A stretch of DNA of 64,000 nt. It comes from a virus. The notes beneath the pieces were generated by a model that saw nothing but the letters and a program-made list of their open reading frames with translations, did no database searches and was not told where the DNA came from. The DNA is taken from IMG/VR virus record IMGVR_UViG_3300035698_031273, positions 1-64,000 of that record; one strand, 5' to 3'. Below, in pieces: positions 9,787 to 16,131 of this stretch. Position numbers and translations under genes: made by a program. Each line of letters starts with the position of its first letter. The stretch's first letter is position 1.

Positions 9787-10540
9787 AACAGCACAACAAA
9801 TATTAAATGTTAATCCATATCTTTCTAAAGAAGAAAAATCTTCTATAAGAGAGATAAATAAAAATATAAAAGAACAACAATTTGCTTTAGAACTTTATCA
9901 AAATAGCATTTTGGAAAAACAAAATAAAGCAAAACAAGAAAACAGACCTTTAAATGAAGATGAAGAAACATATATAAAAGGAGCAGAATTTTTTATAGAT
10001 AAAATAAATACTAGTATTCAAAGGTTGCAAGAAAATGTAGAATTTATAAAAGACAAGGTAAAAGAAGAACTTTCTCAGGAAGTTAGTGGGGGTAGGAAAA
10101 CAACAAGTTTAATAAATGAAGCTGTTAAAGAATTTAAAATAACTACAGACATAAATGAAGCTGGATATATTATGCCAAATGGAAAAATGTTAGATTTTTC
10201 CGGAAAAAGAGAAAAAGCATTAGGAGGAACTAGATCACTTGATCATAGATCAATTGCTAGAATAAAAGGAATAGAAGGATCTTATACTGATGGGATGAAT
10301 GAATTTATAAATAAAACAGGAGCAATTAGAGTAAATTCTAGTGTAGGATTAGGTATAGATGTAGCTAAACCAATCACTCCTCAACAAAAAGCAACAATAT
10401 TAAGAAATATTAGAGGAAAAGAATATTTTTTAATAGAGGTTAATGATAATGGAGGAATTGCTATCTGGCAAAAAGAAATACAAATGCCTTTGGTATTTAG
10501 TGCTGCTAAATTAATTGAGGAAGCAAATACTCAATTTTAA
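9773..10540 (+). CDS. WY-leader cassette 10: coiled coil plus GYIMPNGKMLDFSG...DHR domain
   Basis: Start reassigned to ATG 9773 (MNWYKTAQQ); motif of a kind I associate with phage polyvalent proteins. Confidence 0.6.
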   Translation: MNWYKTAQQILNVNPYLSKEEKSSIREINKNIKEQQFALELYQNSILEKQNKAKQENRPLNEDEETYIKGAEFFIDKINTSIQRLQENVEFIKDKVKEELSQEVSGGRKTTSLINEAVKEFKITTDINEAGYIMPNGKMLDFSGKREKALGGTRSLDHRSIARIKGIEGSYTDGMNEFINKTGAIRVNSSVGLGIDVAKPITPQQKATILRNIRGKEYFLIEVNDNGGIAIWQKEIQMPLVFSAAKLIEEANTQF

Positions 10541-10613
10541 ATAATATAGTTTTTAAAGAATAAAATCAATGGATACTAAAATGTATCAGCACCTTAACAA
10601 AGGAGAGTAAAAA

Positions 10614-10739
10614 ATGGGTTTAATAAGCGGATTAATAATTGGATTTGTTATTGGAGTTGTTTTTGCCCCAATAGCACTTAGATTGTTTAAAGTTCTTTGG
10701 AGTAAAATATCAAAGAATGTAGATAGTTTAGAAAAATGA
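10614..10739 (+). CDS. Small single-TM membrane protein (41 aa, not in ORF track)
   Basis: AAGGAGAG RBS; MGLISGLIIGFVIGVVFAPIALRLFKVLWSKISKNVDSLEK; its stop overlaps the next ATG (ATGA). Confidence 0.7.
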   Translation: MGLISGLIIGFVIGVVFAPIALRLFKVLWSKISKNVDSLEK

Positions 10740-11008
10740 ATTGGTATAAAAGACATATATATGCAGGTCGTCCTAAAAGATTACCGTCTGTTACTCTTCG
10801 AGATTTAATGAAAATATTAAATAAAGAAGAATGTCAGTTTGTGAGAAAAACGCCTAGAGGACATAATATTTGGAGATGTCCTAATAATAATAATCATAAT
10901 TTCCCTATCCCAAATCATCGAGGAGATATAACGGATGTTATAACACCTATTATTCAAAAAGGACTGGGAATGACTGTAGATGAGTTTGTAAATAAATATT
11001 ACAGGTAA
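10736..11008 (+). CDS. hicA: WY-leader cassette 11: HicA-like mRNA interferase
   Basis: Starts MNWYKRH; LPSVTLRDLMKIL...FVRKTPRGHNIWR...IPNHRGDI...IIQKGLGMTVDEF is the HicA pattern; no hicB nearby. Confidence 0.75.
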   Translation: MNWYKRHIYAGRPKRLPSVTLRDLMKILNKEECQFVRKTPRGHNIWRCPNNNNHNFPIPNHRGDITDVITPIIQKGLGMTVDEFVNKYYR

Positions 11009-11084
11009 AACTAATATATCTGGTGTCAACTCATAATGAATATTTTTGAATTTATAAATAAATTTAATAGATAAGGAGGTAAAT

Positions 11085-11318
11085 ATGAAAATTGGTTTTT
11101 TTGAGAATGAACCAGGAGAAAAAAGTATAACTAGATTAGTTTTTGCTTTTTTAATTTTGAATGCTACTCTCATGTCTTGGTTTTTATTAATATCAAATCC
11201 TGTACTATGGCAAGCGGCTGCTACTATGTTTGGTACTGTATCTGGTGTTGCTACCGGGCTTAAGTTGATTCAGAAATCACAAGAGGTTAACGAAAAAAAC
11301 GGCAAAAAAGTAACATGA
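11085..11318 (+). CDS. Small two-TM membrane protein (possibly holin-like)
   Basis: AAGGAGG RBS; two hydrophobic helices after KSITRL; basic C-terminal tail. Confidence 0.55.
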   Translation: MKIGFFENEPGEKSITRLVFAFLILNATLMSWFLLISNPVLWQAAATMFGTVSGVATGLKLIQKSQEVNEKNGKKVT

Positions 11319-12280
11319 CATGGTATGGAAATTTAAAACTCGCCTCCGTAGAATATATGTATCATGGGACAGGTATGCAAAATCTTTCTTCTATTCTTTC
11401 AGAAGGATTAGTGCCGGGTAGATCTCTTATTTACGATGAGCCATTAGACTATTCTTCTATTAGAAGTTATGGAGGAATTTATCTTACTAATAACATAATG
11501 ACAGCTTATTCTTCTGGCACAAAAAATATTGAGAAAACGAAATCAGAAGAAAACAAAAGAGTTATTATAGTTGTTAAAATAGAAACAAAAACACCTCATG
11601 TAATTATAGATGAAGATTTATTTATGTCTCCAGGTTATTCTATTCAGAAAAAATTACCAGTAAATCTAAATGTATCAAATAGTTATGATTATTTAGCTTA
11701 TTTTGTGACCACAGAAATGAATTCTAAAATTGATGAACTTGTTGATAGTTACATAGAGAGTTTAGAATTTGTAAATAAAATACAGGATAATAGAATTTTA
11801 ACTAATTTGAGACCTCTTATTGCTGAATTGATACAGGCATATTTATGGAGACAATTGGCATATCAAATGGACAATTATTTCTTAGATGCCCATGACTATC
11901 AAAAAGAAGAATTTTTTACTAAATATCCACAGTTAAGAAATATTAATGTAGAGGAATGGGAAGTAAAATATAGATCAATAGCAGATAATATTATGAGAAA
12001 AGTGCATAGATTAAAAGAAATTATAGAAGAAAGATATTCTTATAATTTGAGATCACTAGAACCAATTTCATTTAGAGGAAAAAATAAAATTGTTTTAATA
12101 TCTGTTTTGAAACAAAATGATATTGAAAATGAGTATTATTTTGAATCTGATATTTTATATATGGGTGATGAGCAGGCTGCTCAAAAAATGATAGATGACT
12201 TGACTGGTCGTTTAAGTACTTATGCAAAAATAACCTATAGAGATAATGTGTTATATGAAAACGAAAAAGAATTGGTATAA
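11315..12280 (+). CDS. WY-leader cassette 12: ADP-ribosyltransferase-like protein
   Basis: Starts MTWYGNLKLAS; MYHGT...ILSEGL...GIYLTNN...AYS; ends KELV. Confidence 0.65.
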   Translation: MTWYGNLKLASVEYMYHGTGMQNLSSILSEGLVPGRSLIYDEPLDYSSIRSYGGIYLTNNIMTAYSSGTKNIEKTKSEENKRVIIVVKIETKTPHVIIDEDLFMSPGYSIQKKLPVNLNVSNSYDYLAYFVTTEMNSKIDELVDSYIESLEFVNKIQDNRILTNLRPLIAELIQAYLWRQLAYQMDNYFLDAHDYQKEEFFTKYPQLRNINVEEWEVKYRSIADNIMRKVHRLKEIIEERYSYNLRSLEPISFRGKNKIVLISVLKQNDIENEYYFESDILYMGDEQAAQKMIDDLTGRLSTYAKITYRDNVLYENEKELV

Positions 12281-12638
12281 ATTAGCACAATCTGAAAATC
12301 AATATTTATATCATGGAACCTCTGAAGGTGCTTTTAGAAAAATACGAGAAGAAGGATTAGTTACTAATGGTGGTTTTATATATTTATCTGAAGATATTCA
12401 ATATGCTAAAACATATTCTGAAAGAAAAGGAAATAATATTGCTGGATCAAGAATTTTAAGAATTTTAAAAACCCCAGATATGTTACGAGATGAAAGGATA
12501 AGTATTCCAGGAGATTATATTACAAATAGAAATATTTCTCCTCAAGAAATAGAAGTTTTAGTAGAAAATAAATGGATTCCTATACAAGAATATAGTAACC
12601 CAGATATTAATATAATGCCATATTTTAATAAAAGTTAG
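12255..12638 (+). CDS. WY-leader cassette 13: ADP-ribosyltransferase-like protein
   Basis: MKTKKNWYKLAQ; LYHGTS...IREEGL...IYLSED..YA..Y...ISPQEIEV. Confidence 0.7.
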   Translation: MKTKKNWYKLAQSENQYLYHGTSEGAFRKIREEGLVTNGGFIYLSEDIQYAKTYSERKGNNIAGSRILRILKTPDMLRDERISIPGDYITNRNISPQEIEVLVENKWIPIQEYSNPDINIMPYFNKS

Positions 12639-12645
12639 ACAAATT

Positions 12646-12957
12646 ATGAATTGGTATAAATTATCTTCACAAATACAATTGTTCAGAGGAGAGATGGAGT
12701 CTGGACAAGGAAATAATTATTATTCTCCAGATAAGGAGTTTGCAAGACAATTCACTCAAAGTGGTCAAGATAAAGAAATTAAAACAATAATTATGGATAA
12801 ATCTGATATTTATAGAAAAAATCCTTTACCGAGATCTTACGGTTTTGACGATAAAGAACTTGATAATGCAATAGCAGAGGCCAAGGAGAATGGATTTAAA
12901 GCACTTTGGATTGATGAGGGAGAAGGACAGCCCAATTCAGTTTTTCTAATAAAATGA
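12646..12957 (+). CDS. WY-leader cassette 14: small ADP-ribosyltransferase-like protein
   Basis: Starts MNWYKLSSQ; LFRGE...YYSPDKEFARQF...GFKAL. Confidence 0.55.
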   Translation: MNWYKLSSQIQLFRGEMESGQGNNYYSPDKEFARQFTQSGQDKEIKTIIMDKSDIYRKNPLPRSYGFDDKELDNAIAEAKENGFKALWIDEGEGQPNSVFLIK

Positions 12958-13112
12958 ACTGGTATAAAATAGCACAACAAGGATATCTCTGGGATAATGA
13001 CCCATCTCTTCCCCATGCCAATACTTCATGGGAACCTTCTGGTGATATATTTGAGGATATTAAAGAATGCTCTACAATGGGGGAACTTAATAGGGTTTTT
13101 AGCAGTTATTGA
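12954..13112 (+). pseudogene. WY-leader cassette 15, 5' fragment (52 aa) truncated at the tnpB element
   Basis: MNWYKIAQQGYLWDNDPSLPHANTSWEPSGDIFEDIKECSTMGELNRVFSSY*; stop falls at the IS left boundary. Confidence 0.7.
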
Positions 13113-14413
13113 TAAACTTACAAAATTATACAAAAACTTCAATAAATTTATAAAAATAATTTAAATTTTTATTAAAGGAGTTTTAGGATATACCCAGTAA
13201 TTATAATATATGATTAAGACAGAAAGACATTTTACCACAGGAAACCAAGAAATTATAAATCTTTGTTCTTTAAGTAAAGATTTATATAATCGGTGTCTTT
13301 ATCTAATTAGGCAAGAATATTTTAAACATAAGAGACTACCTGATATAAATATTCTTGTAGATTCAACTAGATGTTTAGATTGTTTTAAAAATCTTCATAA
13401 TACGAAGACTGCCAAACAAACAATCAGAAAAGTATTGTCTGACTGGTCTAATTTTAGGAAAGCATTAAATGCTTTTTACAAAAATCCTAATAAATTTTTA
13501 TCAAAACCCAGACCTCCAAAATACAAAAAGAAATTATCTCAAGTTATATTTTATAGTGAAACTATTAGCAGAAAGGGCTTAAAACATGACATAATTCAAC
13601 CTACAAACAATTGTTTTTCAATTAAATCCAGTATTAAAAAATTTAGACAGGTAGTCATTACTCCAAAAACCTTTGGTTTTGTCATAGATGTACAGTATAA
13701 AGTAGAAGAAAAGAAAAATCCTAGTAGAAAAGGAATTTGTTTTATAGATTTAGGTGTTAATAATTTGGCTTCTATAACTTCAGATCAACTAACTCCCATA
13801 TTGATCAATGGTAGAATAGTTAAAAGTATTAACCAATATTATAACAAATATCCAACTAAAAAGAACTCAAGAAAAAGGTATTTTAGACTAGAAAATTATT
13901 TTCATCACGTAAGTAAATATATTATTGACTTATGTAAAAACAATAATATAGGAAGAATAATTATAGGAAAGAATGATTATTGGAAACAAAAGATAAAAAT
14001 GAAAAAGAAGAACAAACAGAATTTTCAGTATATTCCTTTTTATAAATTGATACAAAAAATTCAGTATAAAGCTAAATTAGAGGGAATTATAGTAGAGTTT
14101 ACTGAAGAAAGTTATACAAGTAAAAGTAGTTTTCTAGACAGAGATCCTTTAGATGGAAGTACTATTTCTGGTAAAAGAGTTCAAAGAGGATTATATAAAA
14201 GTAAAGATGGAAAAATTTTAAATGCAGATGTAAATGGAAGCTTAAACATAGGGAGAAAAGTAATCGGAGAGAAGATTTATGATCTTTTATCTGATAGGAG
14301 CGTTACCGCAACGCCAGTGGTCATTAACCCATTGAAATTATCATCTTCAAAGTTATTTTGTCAAAAGATGGTCGGTTAATGATACAAACTTGTAAGTTTT
14401 TGTAAATTTATAA
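13113..14413 (+). mobile_element. Non-autonomous IS200/IS605/IS607-superfamily element carrying tnpB only (ends approximate)
   Basis: tnpB without tnpA; imperfect inverted end repeats (TTACAAAATTATACAAAAACTTCAA vs reverse complement TTATAAATTTACAAAAACTTACAA); interrupts a coding frame. Confidence 0.7.
13210..14379 (+). CDS. tnpB: RNA-guided endonuclease TnpB
   Basis: SKDLYN N-terminus, P.PPKYKK, RuvC-I IDLGVNN, IIIGKN, EESYTSK, GKRVQRGLY, RuvC-III NADVNGSLNI. Confidence 0.93.
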   Translation: MIKTERHFTTGNQEIINLCSLSKDLYNRCLYLIRQEYFKHKRLPDINILVDSTRCLDCFKNLHNTKTAKQTIRKVLSDWSNFRKALNAFYKNPNKFLSKPRPPKYKKKLSQVIFYSETISRKGLKHDIIQPTNNCFSIKSSIKKFRQVVITPKTFGFVIDVQYKVEEKKNPSRKGICFIDLGVNNLASITSDQLTPILINGRIVKSINQYYNKYPTKKNSRKRYFRLENYFHHVSKYIIDLCKNNNIGRIIIGKNDYWKQKIKMKKKNKQNFQYIPFYKLIQKIQYKAKLEGIIVEFTEESYTSKSSFLDRDPLDGSTISGKRVQRGLYKSKDGKILNADVNGSLNIGRKVIGEKIYDLLSDRSVTATPVVINPLKLSSSKLFCQKMVG

Positions 14414-14702
14414 GAACGGTATAGAAAATCGTTATACTCCTGCTGGAATTTTTGTTAGTGAAAATATTGATTTAGCATCTACATATGGGGATATAATAGG
14501 AATAAATGTTGGAGAAATGAAGAATGATAATTATATGCCTGTAGTTTCAATAGAGGAGCCAGTTGAAGAATCTCAAATGAGAGAGGCAATAGCACATAAA
14601 TTGGGGGTGGATAATTTCATAAGTGAATATGAGGCAGGAATTGAAATAGATACGGTTATTTTTTATGGTAAAATTCCACCGAAATATTTAATATTTCAAT
14701 AA
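14406..14702 (+). pseudogene. 3' fragment of the ART-like cassette interrupted by tnpB
   Basis: The frame of ORF 14517 is open back to 14406: KNGIENRYTPAGIFVSENIDLASTYG...GKIPPKYL, a typical ART-like C-terminal half. Confidence 0.6.
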
Positions 14703-14791
14703 TTTTTCACAAAAAATATTTGAAAAGTGAAAAAAATTCGTTAGAATAGAAATTGTGTTAGGTTGTTTTTACTTTTTTTAAGGAGAGTTTT

Positions 14792-15673
14792 ATGAGAAAA
14801 CTAATGGCAAGTTTACTAGTATTGTGTTTACTATTTTTTGGAGGAGCGGCTTTTGCTGAAGAAGAGGGGTCTACTGTAGTCCCTGTTGCTCCTAGTGTTA
14901 CAGAGTTAGAACCGTTGATAGATGGTAATTTATTTGGAACAGATTTGAGTGAAGCAACTTGGAAAGAGGCAGATGTAACTATTGAAACTAGTTATGCAAG
15001 TAAATATAAATGGTATGGTAGAAGTCTTTTTGGTTCAACTCCGGTTTGGTCAGCTCGTTCAGTAATTGGTTTACCCAAAGGATTAACTCCATTTGGTGGT
15101 GGTCTTTATGCTGATATTACTGGTTATTTTCCTGCTGGATCAGGTGCTGAGAAAGAGACAGAGATGGATTATTCTTTGTTTTGGCATGCAACTGCAAATG
15201 AGGGCAAGAGAACTCAATTGGAAATTTTTGTAGATTATACCTATTATGATCTTATAAAATCTAATAGGCATTGTGACGGGCAAGAGATTGGAACTACTGT
15301 TTTCATGCCTAATGTAATTGACATTGCAGATGGTGTTATATTGATTGGTCCTAAATATAGAAGTGCTATTTTATGGGATCAAAATCGGGAAGAGATGGAA
15401 CGGTATAATGGGAACGTTCAGGTAGGTGGTCTTGTTTGTCAAATAAATGCAATAGATGGACTTCCTTTAATTGCTAATGCTGATGTTACTTATCTCGATG
15501 TTGGTGATGTAGAGGCTGGTTTTAGTCATAGCACATTTGGCTTAGAGACAAAAATTCAGATTACAAAAGATAGTTATATTAGTCCTTTTGTAAATTATCA
15601 GATGAGAATAGATGATACATTAGAAGATGAAGATGGATTTTGGGGTGGTGTAACCATGGCATATACTTTCTAA
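14792..15673 (+). CDS. Outer-membrane beta-barrel protein (TorF-like putative porin)
   Basis: AAGGAGAG RBS; Sec signal peptide ending AFA; YASKYKWYG; alternating strands; C-terminal MAYTF BAM-type signal. Confidence 0.7.
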   Translation: MRKLMASLLVLCLLFFGGAAFAEEEGSTVVPVAPSVTELEPLIDGNLFGTDLSEATWKEADVTIETSYASKYKWYGRSLFGSTPVWSARSVIGLPKGLTPFGGGLYADITGYFPAGSGAEKETEMDYSLFWHATANEGKRTQLEIFVDYTYYDLIKSNRHCDGQEIGTTVFMPNVIDIADGVILIGPKYRSAILWDQNREEMERYNGNVQVGGLVCQINAIDGLPLIANADVTYLDVGDVEAGFSHSTFGLETKIQITKDSYISPFVNYQMRIDDTLEDEDGFWGGVTMAYTF

Positions 15674-15702
15674 GGTATATAAAAACGTAATATTATCCTC
15701 CC

Positions 15703-15742
15703 AAACCCCTGTAAATGATTTATCGTTTACGGGGGTTTTTTT
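15703..15742 (+). terminator. Rho-independent terminator
   Basis: AAACCCCTGTAAATGAT-TT-ATCGTTTACGGGGGTTT stem followed by a T tract. Confidence 0.85.
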
Positions 15743-15827
15743 AATATTGGAGGATTTAACTACTAATTAACGAACTAAATAAGTGTATAAATATATTAAT
15801 TAAAATAAAGAGAAAAAGGAGAAAAAG

Positions 15828-16034
15828 ATGGCTAAAATTCGTATTCCGTTAGTTTCTGGAGGAAGAGGTAGAGGAATGGGTCCATGTGGTGGAGGACAGG
15901 GGCCAGGTGGAGGAAGAGGACAGGGGACAGGTGGAGGAAGAGGTTTAAATAGAAATACTGGTCCTTGTCAAAATGGTGGGCCTGGACGTGGTTTAGGACA
16001 AGGTCAGGGCAAAGGACTAGGGAGAGTTAAATAA
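15828..16034 (+). CDS. Gly/Arg-rich small basic protein (DUF5320-like)
   Basis: AAAGGAGA RBS; GRGRGMGPCGGG and G-R-G repeats. Confidence 0.6.
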   Translation: MAKIRIPLVSGGRGRGMGPCGGGQGPGGGRGQGTGGGRGLNRNTGPCQNGGPGRGLGQGQGKGLGRVK

Positions 16035-16131
16035 TTTAATTTTTAAATAATTTAATAATAATATGTTATTTATCATAATGATGATGTTATTTATAACAGT
16101 TATTTTATGATCTTTTTTATCGGTGATTTAA

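Noticed and set aside
7648-12280. C-terminal ELV as a protein signal
   Set aside because: Fully explained as the alternative-frame reading of the next gene's leader
1817-13112. TGGTATAAA as an extended -10 promoter (TGnTATAAT) or a CRISPR/attC-type repeat
   Set aside because: Always in the W-Y frame at N-termini, tolerates WYG/WYN/WYA changes that break the -10 box, is not palindromic, and is separated by whole genes. A secondary promoter role is not excluded.
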